Below are positions 30,976 through 42,200 of a DNA stretch of 64,000 bases, in pieces. Below the pieces are notes generated by a model that was given only the letters and a program-made list of their open reading frames with translations, had not been told where the DNA came from and did not search any database. Made by a program: the position numbers and the translations under genes. Location: assembly GCA_002811645.1 (NCBI GenBank), contig PDIP01000001.1:62001-126000 (forward strand), written 5' to 3'. The first letter of the stretch is position 1, and every line of letters starts with the position of its first letter. The DNA comes from Corallochytrium limacisporum Hawaii. Lineage: Eukaryota > Protista > Pluriformea.

Positions 30976-32010
30976 ATGACGCTGATCTCCAGCCATATCC
31001 GTCCTGGAATTTTCCGAAACATTGGGTTTCGTCAGAAAGGTGCCATTTACAGCGCTGTACGGCATAAGTTTCACCCAGTGGTGAGCGAGGTTGCAGAGGA
31101 AACCAAGATCGATGACCTGGAGGGGCCACTCCAGGACCCGAAGTATGGTGAGTTCAAGAGTTGGAAGGAGCTTCTGGATGAGCGAAAGGGCCAGCTTAAG
31201 GAAGGATACGAGTCTATTATTCGTGTACCGGGTGCATATCACAAGGAGCCACATCCGTTGCCCCTTGCAATAAAGGTCCTCCGGTCCTTTGCCATTTCCA
31301 CTGGTCGTAATGAGACCCTCAAGGCCCAGTTCAAGTTGAACGTAGAGAAGAAGCGGGAAGAATTGATCAAGTTCAACGGATCCGTTCTTTACGATCGTAT
31401 CTGGTGGGAACCAAAACGCGTCGTCGTGTTCGCCACGGATGAGCTCGACATTGCCCAGGCCATGGACGCCGGTGCCGTCGCAGCAGGGGCGGACGAAGAA
31501 CTCAGGCAGAAGATTTCCAACGGACAGATCGAATATGACACAATCATTGCGACCAATGAAGGGGCACGGGTTATGAAGGGCCTGCAGAAAGTTCTGAAAG
31601 CCAACTTCCCCTCTCTAAAGCGAGGCACGGTGGTCACCGATGTCAGCAGCAGTGTGCGCGACATTGGCAAGGGCGTGCTCATTCGCGCGAACAATCAGGG
31701 CGTCATCACTGCCAAGGTAGCCAAGGTCTTTTGGTCGTTCGAAGACATCGAGCGTGCCTTCTCACAGCTTTTCCACACAATCAATAGCATGGCAGAGAAG
31801 TCCAATGCCATTGCAAAGATTGACCTGTCCACAACCCAAGGTCCTTCAGTGCCGCTCGACTTTGCGTACCTGAAGGAGGCCGGTGGGCTACAGCGCAAGG
31901 CCTCTCAGAAGAACCAAGGCGATGTTGCCTCAGGTTATACCTTTGAGGAGCACGTTGTAACATGGCACAATCCGCAGAAAAAGGGATACAAACCTTTGCA
32001 GACTGAGTAG
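30976..32010 (+). CDS. MRPL1: Mitochondrial ribosomal protein L1 (uL1m)
   Basis: VVVFA...A.DAGA..AG, I.NG.IEYD.IIAT, FPSLKRGTV, LSTTQGPS, plus an N-terminal presequence. Confidence 0.85.
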   Translation: MTLISSHIRPGIFRNIGFRQKGAIYSAVRHKFHPVVSEVAEETKIDDLEGPLQDPKYGEFKSWKELLDERKGQLKEGYESIIRVPGAYHKEPHPLPLAIKVLRSFAISTGRNETLKAQFKLNVEKKREELIKFNGSVLYDRIWWEPKRVVVFATDELDIAQAMDAGAVAAGADEELRQKISNGQIEYDTIIATNEGARVMKGLQKVLKANFPSLKRGTVVTDVSSSVRDIGKGVLIRANNQGVITAKVAKVFWSFEDIERAFSQLFHTINSMAEKSNAIAKIDLSTTQGPSVPLDFAYLKEAGGLQRKASQKNQGDVASGYTFEEHVVTWHNPQKKGYKPLQTE

Positions 32011-32161
32011 AAGGACACCGCCACCAGAAACATCATCTCAAGAAGCGTGAATAGACTGAACACGATTTACGAAACTAAAATGGTTAACTAGTATGCAATA
32101 GAAAGATATGATCGCTGCTGCACTAAAGAAAGGAACCCTGTCGAAAAGGGAGACGGGGATA

Positions 32162-34210
32162 CTATGCCAAAGGATCAAATTCGTCGTCCGCGAGACCCTT
32201 AAAGTCTCGTCCGAGATCGATGAGATCGCCGTTGGATTCTGTCTCCTTGATGCTGTTGCCGGAGAGGGTCCTTGTCGTCCGTACTGTTCCCAGATAAGGG
32301 TTGGAGGCCGTCGGCGCGCCCAGCATGCGGGGACTGTTCAGGCCTGCACTGCTGTCGTTGTACCCTTGAGCCTGACCCTGGGCCTGAAACTGGGACATAT
32401 ACGGATTGCCCGCCATCGGATTCCGTCCCCCCGGGGGCACATTCGGGGATAGTCCGCGTGCACCTTCGGATAGGGCGTCCGGGCTGGCCACGTACGAGCC
32501 TGCCGGTGCGTGAGGTGACAGCGCACGCTGAGCCTGCATGTGATGGTGCCGTATACCTCCTTCACTGGCTGTACGGTGGTGACCACGACCTGCAGCTGCA
32601 GGTGCCGCCGCTAAATAGTTCCCGGCCAAATCCCCGGGATTGTGCAGGCTCGTAGAGCGTTCGAACGTTGGCCGCTTCGCGACCTCCTGCGCTGGTGCTG
32701 GAGGTCTCTGCTGCGGTGGCGGTGGGCTTCCAGCGAAAGAATCGGGACCGAATGCAGAGCTCCCGAAGGCATCAGCAAACCCAGCACTGCCAGGTGTGGT
32801 GGGCGATGCGGCATCGCCAAATGCGGACGATCCGAACGGATCGCTGGTGCTCGCACTGCCTGGATTGCTAGTGGTTCCCCCTCCACTGCCTCCTCCATTG
32901 GCGAAAGCATTGTCAAAGAACATTGGCCTCTGCTGCTGCTGATGCGGTACAGCACCAGGACTGCCAGAGCCTTCGCCCGTCAATTGCGCCGTGATCTGAA
33001 CAGAGGCAGCCGGGCTGCCAGGAGTCGGAGCCGTCATGCCGCCACTTGCCCCACCAAACTGTCCTGGAGTATTCGGTGAGTGTCCCCTGCGTCTCCGTTC
33101 GACCTTTATTCCGGCAGCAGATTTACGATCCGAGATTGATAATTGCTGAAACTCCGGGTAGAGTGCTGAATTTGCTTGAGCTTTGGGGGCCGAATTGCTG
33201 CCCATGCTCCGTGCAGATCCTTGAGGGGCATGCGTACCTCCCTTAGCGTAGTGTTCCGTGCACTTGCCTGGCTGCAACCTAATCGGATTCTGCTTGCCTG
33301 CAACCTTGAAGGCAGCCTGCGCCACTTCAGTGATGTTAGGTCGAATATTTGGGTCCGGCTGGAGCATGAAATGGATCAGAGTGCGAACCCGATCACTGGC
33401 GAACCGCTCCGGCTTGTCCGGCCAACGCCATTCATTGCCAATAATCTGCAACGGTCCCTTTTCGAACGGGCCCTCAAAAAAGCAGAGTTTGTAGAGAATG
33501 CACCCCAAAGCCCAGATATCTACACCAGGACCGATGGGCAGAAAAGAGTATAGATCACACTGCTCCGGTGCCCGGTACTGCATCGTTGTATGGGCTTTGA
33601 TATCCTCATCGAGATGCTCAATGTTTCCTTTGTTCGGCGTCACTGTGCCGTACTGCGCACTACCAAAGTCGCAGACCACGAACCGCCGCTGTCCATCCAC
33701 CAAAATGTTCTCCACCTTCAGATCTCTATGTACGATCGGTTCGGCACGGAGATGCATAGCTGCCACTGCCTCTACTGTGTCGCAAAATATCTGCATAGTT
33801 TCTCGCTCGGATAGGCGCTTATGCTGACGCAGACGGGCGTTCATGATGTCCAAGACTCCACCTCCTGGATAGAAATCCATGACCACAAAATATTCCATGA
33901 CACTAGCATTTGGCTGCTTGTTGGAGTCGATCAGGCGTGCTATCCGTGGGTGGCCAGCTAGCGCCACCATCACTTCAATCTCCCGCTCAATTTCCTTCTG
34001 TTTCTCCCGGGGCGCAAGGATACGCTTCACTGCGTACGTTCTCCCATCAGATCCCCTGCATTGAAAAACGTATCCAAATCCTCCTTCGGCGATGACCTTC
34101 TGTACTGTGTAGGACCCGCCACGGACGGAGAGAGATCGACCAATGTATGACGCGCCCTCACTGTTACTAGCACCCATGCCCAGGGCAGCGCCAATCTGGT
34201 TCACGTTCAT
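32162..34210 (-). CDS. AAK1: NAK-family Ser/Thr kinase (AAK1/BMP2K/Ark1-like)
   Basis: IAEGGFGYVF, AVKR, PIVHRDLKVENIL, CDFGSA, TTMQYRAPE..DLY, DIWALGCILYKLCF. The low-complexity tail carries DPF and DLIDL motifs. Confidence 0.9.
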   Translation of the reverse strand: MNVNQIGAALGMGASNSEGASYIGRSLSVRGGSYTVQKVIAEGGFGYVFQCRGSDGRTYAVKRILAPREKQKEIEREIEVMVALAGHPRIARLIDSNKQPNASVMEYFVVMDFYPGGGVLDIMNARLRQHKRLSERETMQIFCDTVEAVAAMHLRAEPIVHRDLKVENILVDGQRRFVVCDFGSAQYGTVTPNKGNIEHLDEDIKAHTTMQYRAPEQCDLYSFLPIGPGVDIWALGCILYKLCFFEGPFEKGPLQIIGNEWRWPDKPERFASDRVRTLIHFMLQPDPNIRPNITEVAQAAFKVAGKQNPIRLQPGKCTEHYAKGGTHAPQGSARSMGSNSAPKAQANSALYPEFQQLSISDRKSAAGIKVERRRRGHSPNTPGQFGGASGGMTAPTPGSPAASVQITAQLTGEGSGSPGAVPHQQQQRPMFFDNAFANGGGSGGGTTSNPGSASTSDPFGSSAFGDAASPTTPGSAGFADAFGSSAFGPDSFAGSPPPPQQRPPAPAQEVAKRPTFERSTSLHNPGDLAGNYLAAAPAAAGRGHHRTASEGGIRHHHMQAQRALSPHAPAGSYVASPDALSEGARGLSPNVPPGGRNPMAGNPYMSQFQAQGQAQGYNDSSAGLNSPRMLGAPTASNPYLGTVRTTRTLSGNSIKETESNGDLIDLGRDFKGLADDEFDPLA

Positions 34211-34991
34211 GGCTTAGCCTCTGCTTGTATACCTATGGCTATTTACCTAAGTTGATTTTCCGGATCGTGGTATGCTGTTCAACGGACAAACATTGCTACT
34301 CTGTCAACCTATGCTTTTCGGTCTATTTCACCTTTCTGTTTCAAACCTATCTGCTGCAGTTGTCGAACCGTGAGTCTCCGAATCTACTGCAGAATGGCTT
34401 ACAAAGATTCCGATTCCAGACTCATGCTCGATATGCAACCATGGTGCCCAAGTAGCAGCACGGTTTCCGTCCATATCTGCGAAATGATGCCACACAGCTG
34501 GCAATCGCCACCTGTCGTCTAGCGCGTCCATCGTCATCAACCCCGCCCCCTCGAGTCCAGAGTCCTCCACCCTTGTTTTCCGAGAAAATGGCGATCCTCG
34601 CTGACCCAAAAGAAGGCAGCGGTACTTTTAGTAAAGGTCCGTTGTGTTCCAAGGCGCACTGTGAGTGGCTCGTGTCGGAAGCCACCTTCAACTTCTTTAG
34701 CAACACCACACAACCAATGGGTGGACCACACTTCAGGAACTCTTGGCGAACGCGGAGATGGGCTTTGTGCGCTCCTAGATTATTACGAGGCATTTTTCGT
34801 CGTCAGTATCTTTCGCCCAACAGTCAGCACTACGCTGCCTTTGACTAACCAACAACACACACCGCGTTTTGTGCAAGGAGGCAACAGAAAAAACAATGCA
34901 ATACACAGAGGAATGACGATGCAGGGGCCTGTGTTGGTGGTGACGGCCTGTTACGGACGACGCACAAGGGGGTAAGGTGGAAAAGCAAAGT

Positions 34992-35013
34992 CCCCCCCCC
35001 CGCGGGGGGGGGG
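34992..35013. repeat. Perfect 22-bp palindrome C10-GC-G10 in a divergent intergenic region
   Basis: CCCCCCCCCCGCGGGGGGGGGG read directly, lying between the AAK1 (-) and KRR1 (+) starts. Confidence 0.9.
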
Positions 35014-35728
35014 CGATGTCACCCGCAGACAACGCAGGCCGTCCGGTGAGCCCACAGTCGTAGTAAACGGGGAGGAAGGGGGAGGAACGAGCGACGCACC
35101 CAAATGGTACTTTGCGAGCGAGAAATGGCAAAGCGAAGGGCTAATGAAGCGTGACAAGACGGCAGGAGTGTGGTGGCCCCCCCCCCCAAATTTTTTCCTC
35201 CGCAGAGGGGGGCCTTTTTTCCCTATGCCCTGAGAGCCTAGAAATTTTGTCCATAGTCCGTATATTTATTATATTTCAGAGTGTGGAACGATATGGGCAA
35301 AAGTGTATATCCTTAGTGTGTATTTGAATATACTGCCAAAGATATTTTTAAGAATATATTGATTAACAGAATGATCAATATGGGGGTATCCGGTACGCGT
35401 GGCCCCGATACAGAAAATGTGGCGAAGAGCCACGGGCGAAGGGGGGCGGGCGCTGCCACCGGGCACATTGCACCCACAGTTCCAATGTTTGCAGATTTTC
35501 TGCCCATGCCAAGGGTGCACACACGTTTCCGACGAATTTGGTTATCCTAAGCGACAAAACCGTCCTAGTCATTGACGCTTGGGGATGACTATCTGTGAAG
35601 GTACTTGACAAATGATGAACAGGTATAGGATCTGATCGTACCAAGATTGGAGTACATGGTTCGACTACGATTAAAGAAGATAAGGTGGAATATCCTTTAG
35701 TGGGGATAGATCCAACCGCAAGCACACA

Positions 35729-36907
35729 ATGGAAAGTACAGAGAATGAGGAGAAATTGGCTCCTCCAGTTACTCCGGATAAGAAGGCAAAGAAGGGTAAG
35801 TACCGCAAAGACAAGCCATGGGACACAGACGACATTGATCACTGGAAGATTGACGAGTGGAAGTCTGACTACATGCCAGCACCATTGTTGGAAGAATCCA
35901 GCTTCGCCACTCTTTTCCCGAAGTACCGTGAAAAGTATCTAAAGGAATGCTGGCCTCATGTTACACGTGCTCTGAAAGATCGCGGTGTCGACTGCGTCCT
36001 TGACCTCGTGGAGGGTTCCATGACCGTTAAGACTACCAGGAAGACTTGGGATCCGTTCGTAATCATCAAAGCCCGGGATATGATCAAGCTGCTAGCGCGT
36101 TCCGTCCCCTACCAACAAGCCATTAAGATTCTGCAAGACGAAATGGCCTGTGATATTATCAAAATCGGCGGTACAGTGCGGAACAAGGAGCGATTCGTGA
36201 AGAGGAGGCAGCGCCTCTTGGGACCCAATGGAAGCACATTAAAGGCTATCGAATTACTCACAGAATGCTATATTTTGGTCCAGGGTAACACGGTGTCTGT
36301 GATGGGCGAGCATAAGGGTCTAAAGCAGGTTCGGAAGATTGTCCTTGAGTGCATGAACAATATTCACCCGGTTTACAACATAAAAACGCTGATGATCAAA
36401 CGGGAATTGTCTAGGGATCCTGCCCTGGCTAATGAAAACTGGGACCGGTTCCTGCCAAACTTCAAGAAGCGCAACGTACAGAGTCAAAAGCCCAAGAAGA
36501 GCAAGAAGAAGGATCGTGCCTTATTCCCGCCGGCACAGCAACCGTCCAAGATTGACCTGCAGCTCGAGTCCGGTGAATACTTCATGAAGCCTGAGGAGAA
36601 ACAACGCCAAAAGAACGAAGCGCTAGCAGAGCGCACGGCACAAAACATGGAAGCCAAGAAGCGGGCCAGACAGGAGGCCTTTAAGGCACCAACTAAAGCT
36701 GAGCCGAAGTTGCAGGAGACTGGTGCCAATAGCAGTGCGAAGGGCAGGAAGCGAGCTGCGGACCTGGATGTCTCAGAGCTAGCGTCCAAGTTCAAGAAAC
36801 AGAGTACAACGACAGTGGGGATCGATAGTGTTACGAATGCGAAGAAGGCCAAGAGCGACGCGGATTTGTTGCTGAAGAAGAAGAAGAAGAAGGAAAAGAC
36901 GAAGTAA
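35729..36907 (+). CDS. KRR1: SSU processome KH protein Krr1
   Basis: [70 protein letters not shown]. Confidence 0.98.
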   Translation: MESTENEEKLAPPVTPDKKAKKGKYRKDKPWDTDDIDHWKIDEWKSDYMPAPLLEESSFATLFPKYREKYLKECWPHVTRALKDRGVDCVLDLVEGSMTVKTTRKTWDPFVIIKARDMIKLLARSVPYQQAIKILQDEMACDIIKIGGTVRNKERFVKRRQRLLGPNGSTLKAIELLTECYILVQGNTVSVMGEHKGLKQVRKIVLECMNNIHPVYNIKTLMIKRELSRDPALANENWDRFLPNFKKRNVQSQKPKKSKKKDRALFPPAQQPSKIDLQLESGEYFMKPEEKQRQKNEALAERTAQNMEAKKRARQEAFKAPTKAEPKLQETGANSSAKGRKRAADLDVSELASKFKKQSTTTVGIDSVTNAKKAKSDADLLLKKKKKKEKTK

Positions 36908-37012
36908 TGATACGTGCAAGTGTCTGAAAATGTTTTATAGCATCCTCGTCTACTAATTGACTCCATCATGTGAGCCTGAACATAATCAATTTCTCCTTGA
37001 ATACATTTTCTC

Positions 37013-38728
37013 CTATTTACCCTTGATGTTGCCGGCCTGGAACTCCTTCACCAACGATTTCTTGTTGATCTTGCCCATGGCATTCCGGGGCAAACTCTCC
37101 ACCACCAGCAGCTCACGAGGGATTTTGTATGGTGCAAGTTCCTTGGACAATTCTTTACGGATTTCATCATTCGAGCTCGTTTTGACCTTGCTCTGTACCA
37201 GAAGTGCAATGATACGCTCCCCTAGTGCCTCATCAGGCACGCCCACTACGGCGCACTCTTCCACACCGTCCAGACTGAGAAGCTCTCGTTCAATCTCCAG
37301 TGCACTGATTTTGTACCCGCCGCTCTTAAGAATATCAACTGATGTCCGTCCGAGGATGCGATGCCAGCCGTCTGTGGTCTTCGCAGCAGTATCTCCTGTC
37401 TTAAACCAGCCGTCGTCTGTGAAGTTGGCAGCCGTTTCTTCCGGTAGCTCCCAGTATCCTTCAAAGACGTTCGGACCGCGGATGTGCAACTCCCCGTATT
37501 CTTCCGAAGCGTTTGCGTCGCTGTGTTCTTCATCGTCGTTCAGCGGAACAACCCGGGTCTCAACACCGGGAAATACTTTACCGACCCATCCAGGTCTCCG
37601 GTCCTCCATAGGCTTGTAAGGATTGGTCAGACCCATGCCAATTTCGGACATTCCGTACCTCTCGAGAAGAGTGTGTCCGCTTACCTCTTGCCAACGCTGC
37701 AGCAACGGTTCAGGCAAAGCCGCGCTACCGCATATCATGAGACGAATGGCAGAGAGTCGGTTCCGCACCTCAGCCATACTCGAACATGCTCCACTGGTCA
37801 GTTCAGTGGCTACTTTCACATCATCGTCGTTGTGCTCATGTTTCAGCTTGTTCAACTTCGCCAACAAGCGATCGTAGACGGTAGGTACAGCACTAAAAAA
37901 CGTAATTGCTGCTGGATCCCGGGGATCCCTGGTTAGAGCGTGCCACACTGGCCCGACGTGGAAGCCTTCATCCATCATTTCAACAGTGCCCCCACTGTAC
38001 AGGCCACTGAGCAATACGTTCGCTAGACCGTGTACGTGGTGAAGCGGCAGCACCAAAAGCGCACGATCCGCAGCAGTCCACGCCCAGGCCTCAGCCATTT
38101 GCGAGAGCATGGCATTAAGATTTAGGTGGGAAAGAACGACGCCCTTCGGTCGGCCTGTTGTACCCGACGTGTAAATGAAGTGCGACGGTGCTGCGGGATT
38201 ACCCGTGCTGACTTCGACCAAATCTTTCGGATTGGTACAATTGTTCAGGTCCCAAAGGCTATCCATAGGTATTAAACTTGTACCATCGTTGTTTAGCTCC
38301 TCCATGACCAGCCTTCCCGTGTCCATCCAGTCCGGATGGCAGATCATTGCCGAAGATCCCGAGTTCTGGAGAGTGTAGGCCAATTCCTTGACAGGGTGCT
38401 CCACTGCCATGGGTACAAACGTATGGCCAGCGCTGAGGATGCCCATAGCCGCGACAGCAAAGCTTGGTGTACGAGGGAGCCAGATCCCAATCCGCTGCGG
38501 TTCATTGTAGCCGATGGGTAACAGGTTGTTTATCCGCGAACCCGTTTGCATGATACCCCATCGGATCTGATTATAGGTGAAGCTCTTGCCATTGCTGTGC
38601 TGAATCAGAGCCGTCGCGTCCTTTGGGTGCCTGTTCAGACGCTCCAAAAGTTCCGATCTGACGACCGAATCGGTCACATAACTGCGGCGGGGTACCGCAA
38701 GTCTTGGATGTATCCGTAATCCCAGCAT
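37013..38728 (-). CDS. ACSF3: Mitochondrial malonyl-CoA synthetase (ACSF3/MatB-like)
   Basis: YTSGTTGRPKG AMP-binding motif, LPLHHVHG, LLERYGMSE malonate motif, KSGGYKISALEIE, PRNAMGK. Confidence 0.92.
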   Translation of the reverse strand: MLGLRIHPRLAVPRRSYVTDSVVRSELLERLNRHPKDATALIQHSNGKSFTYNQIRWGIMQTGSRINNLLPIGYNEPQRIGIWLPRTPSFAVAAMGILSAGHTFVPMAVEHPVKELAYTLQNSGSSAMICHPDWMDTGRLVMEELNNDGTSLIPMDSLWDLNNCTNPKDLVEVSTGNPAAPSHFIYTSGTTGRPKGVVLSHLNLNAMLSQMAEAWAWTAADRALLVLPLHHVHGLANVLLSGLYSGGTVEMMDEGFHVGPVWHALTRDPRDPAAITFFSAVPTVYDRLLAKLNKLKHEHNDDDVKVATELTSGACSSMAEVRNRLSAIRLMICGSAALPEPLLQRWQEVSGHTLLERYGMSEIGMGLTNPYKPMEDRRPGWVGKVFPGVETRVVPLNDDEEHSDANASEEYGELHIRGPNVFEGYWELPEETAANFTDDGWFKTGDTAAKTTDGWHRILGRTSVDILKSGGYKISALEIERELLSLDGVEECAVVGVPDEALGERIIALLVQSKVKTSSNDEIRKELSKELAPYKIPRELLVVESLPRNAMGKINKKSLVKEFQAGNIKGK

Positions 38729-39298
38729 TTTGTTCGCTCTATCCTTTCCGTATCATCTATTTATGTCAGTGTTCATAATCGAATTTTTCGCAAACTATCA
38801 GTGTATATGTCCACTAGTCATTGACAAGCAAGCAACGACGCACATCTGTTATTGTCAAATACATTTCCCAGGCCTTCCAAGGGGAATCTCAAGAGAAGGA
38901 CTTTCCAAGGCCCAGCTAAGCGGAATACCGAATCTCTGGTTCTTGTACAAGTGGCTATTCGTGTCCTTCCTCCCAGATCCGATAGATGGGGTGTACCACC
39001 ACGCTCACCCTCAGCCTCTCCGTCTCGCACCCCCGATCGTCCCATACAGAGCTCCATCGGCGCAGCTTCCGTACTGAATGGGTTGGTTCCACCGCAAGGA
39101 ACGGGCCTTGCTGAGTGGATTTCATCAGAAGACCCAATTAAGAAGTCCAGGAGCAAGCGGCTAAAAACAGAGAAGGGGGAGAAAAGGGGGGGGGGGCAAG
39201 GGACGGTGCGGGGAAGCGGGTTGCTAGCCGGGACTGAACGCGCGTGGTGCGTTTTCTCTTTCCGGGGCAAAGCCTTTCAGTCTGTGTCGCACTTACCT

Positions 39299-42200
39299 CT
39301 ACTTCGCTTCGTCAGGCATAGGTTCACCAATGAGGACGCGGCGCGCCCTGACAATTTCACCATCGCTGATGGGCGCCTTAGCAGAACCACCGTTCTCCAC
39401 GACGTTGGCTCTTGCGGACCCCTGAGCCGTTATCTCTATTGATGCTCCCGCCCCACCGCCATTGATTGCATCCGGATCGATAAGCCTCAGAGTAATGAGC
39501 AGTCGGTGAAGGAAAGCATGGTAGGCCATGCACACTGGACAGTCTGTGTGGCTGTAGATCCGCAAGAGGATTTGGTGCATGTTTTTCAGTACGTCCGGAG
39601 CGGTACCACTGTGGTGGAAGCATTCATCTAGGGCCTCAATAATAATGGACTTCTTCTGTAGTGCGAGCGCAAGCAGGATGGTCCAGCCCCAGCAGTCGGC
39701 ATCCAAAGTCATCTCCATTATCATGCTCAATTCGCGGGCCTTACGCTTCCAGCTAATTACCACAGCGCGCCGGTGCTCGTCGTCATCGATGCCCTGCCCT
39801 GTGGTCGAATCCAGGTGCTTTGTTGCATTAAGAGGGATCGGTTCCGGTGTCTCCGTGCGAAGGACCGATTCATTAGTGCCCGGTGGATTCAGCCTCTCCA
39901 TAGTCTTACGCACTGCCTCCACTCCCGGACCGCGGGGCTGCTGCTCATGGAAATGATCGGGCGGCGAACGCGGCACGTGGCCTATCCGCGGCACCATAGC
40001 CAACCCACCGTCCGCCCGCCGGCGCAAGATCGGTGCGCGGTTCAAGGGCGGCAGAGTGTCTGTGCCAGGAAGTGGGTTGTTGCCAATTAGAGACGGTTCC
40101 CGGGTCAATCGCGTGCCAATACTTGGGGCGTTCTCTTCCAGCGGCGAGGACGGAGCCACTCCCTGTGAAGCGAGAGTTATGAACGAGCCGCCCGAGAAGC
40201 GCTCTCGGGCGCTGGAATCCATGGCGTTAGGGTGCATCCACTTAAACTGCGAATGGATCGCGTGGAAGGCATCTTCGGGTGCCTCATGCACCAGCATACT
40301 GCGCTGACTTTCATGACTCATCCATCCTTGGATATCGTAACCAAGATCGAAACCAAAGCGGACCAGATCTCGCAGGCGGTAGTGTCTCATAAGTTTGCGA
40401 GCATAGCGTCCCAGCAACATGCTCATATAGTACTCCTCGACAGAGAACCCGTCGGGCTGCTGATTGCCACGCACTGCAGGGATCAGGCCTTGTCTCAGAG
40501 CCTGAGGCCCTCTTGTACCACTTGACTTCCGACGCGGCGGAGTCGGTGCAGGGGCATCGGCACGAGACGGAGATTCCTGTTCAGGGCCCCCGCTACCGAA
40601 GAGCACGTACAATGCACTGCCAAACATGGAACCACCACCAGATTTGCTCCGGGTCGGTGTGGTCATAGCTTCCGGCTCCCTAGATCCTCCTTTCGCAGCG
40701 CCATCCGCGTTCAGGGAGGTGTCGGAGGAGATCGCAGTGAGAAAGCGCACCAATTCACGGCTCAGAGACCACTTCTCTGCCTCCAGAGTGGCATCGATCA
40801 GACGCGTAGCATATTTGCGGGCACTAGACTGCGACTCAAGGCTCTGCAACACAATCAAGTAAGAACATGCCGTCTCCAACTTACCTTCCGCCAAGCACTG
40901 CTCAAACAGGTCACGCGGATCACCAACAATACTGAAGAGGTGATCCCAAAGCTTGACTTCTGTCTTGCGCGCACAGTGGGCGACCACTTCAAGGTACTGA
41001 GGGTAGGTCTTGAGCCAAGACACAAAATCACCCAGCTTGGCATCTTCGTCCGCGGCAGATTTCGCTTCCGCTTCTTCATCGAGCACATCGTTTAGAACCA
41101 TTTCAAGAGCATATCCAAAGTACGGCATGTCATCGTGCTCCCGAGCAAAGCGGTGAGCTTCAGAGTACAGGCGGTGTTGAATGAGTTTGCGCAGGACCGT
41201 CTGCACGAAGATCTGGCTCGTCAGAAGGAGATGGAAAAAGGGAGTAGGGCAGCCTGGGTAGATGCTCTCGACGCTTATGTCCTGGTTGATGCCGTCGGCA
41301 AAAGCGTTGTTGGAATTAATGCACAGCGGATGTGCTTCCGTATGTATCGTGATTGGAAGGTACTGGTCAAAGGGTTTTGTGAAGAGAGCATCCTTTGGAT
41401 TCTCGAGCGCTTCGATAGATTTCGGATACCACATCTTCAATTGGTTTGTGCCCTCGGCAATGTAGATCACATCGCGATCATTTTCGTGCCCATAGGACGG
41501 AGTTTGTCCGGAGTACCGATTGGTCCAGACCATTTCTGCAACACTCGACAGCTGTACTTGTCCGCCAAGATCCATGCCGTGGTTCGTCATAGGGTAAGCA
41601 AGGCATCGACCACTGACATTCACCACTACGATAGCTTTGAACAAAGGATCTTTGTCCGTCGCATGGTCTTGGTTTGATCGCGCTCTCAGGATAAACATGG
41701 AGTCCAGAATCTCCGAAAACCCCTTGAACTGATTGCTAAAGTCAATGCTGAATTGGAGTTTGATGGACTTCAATGTGGCCTGAGGTTGGGGGATCGGAGT
41801 CTTGCCAGGATGAGCACCCTTCTGCGACTCCCATTCCAAATTGTACAGCTGGAATTGGCCATCCTGCAGACAGCAGGCAAGGAATTCTCTGCGGTGATCG
41901 AAGCAGGACACCATGCTGGGCAGGCGAACCATCTGAAGGCATGAAGTGTTTGACAGTACCGTGTCGGAATCGTAGATGCGAATCTGGGACTCCCCGGATG
42001 GCCAGCACTTGCAAGGGACAGCCACATACTTGCCGATCCATACCATTGGGCCCAAGACAGAAATTTCCCGTTCGTGCATCTGATTGCCAAACATCCTCCA
42101 CTTGCGGGTAATCATGTTGTAAATCATGAATCCCCTGGTGCCGGCAGCAGCCATGTGATCCATGTCATCGTTGACAGCCACTTGAGAAATGGGTGCATTG

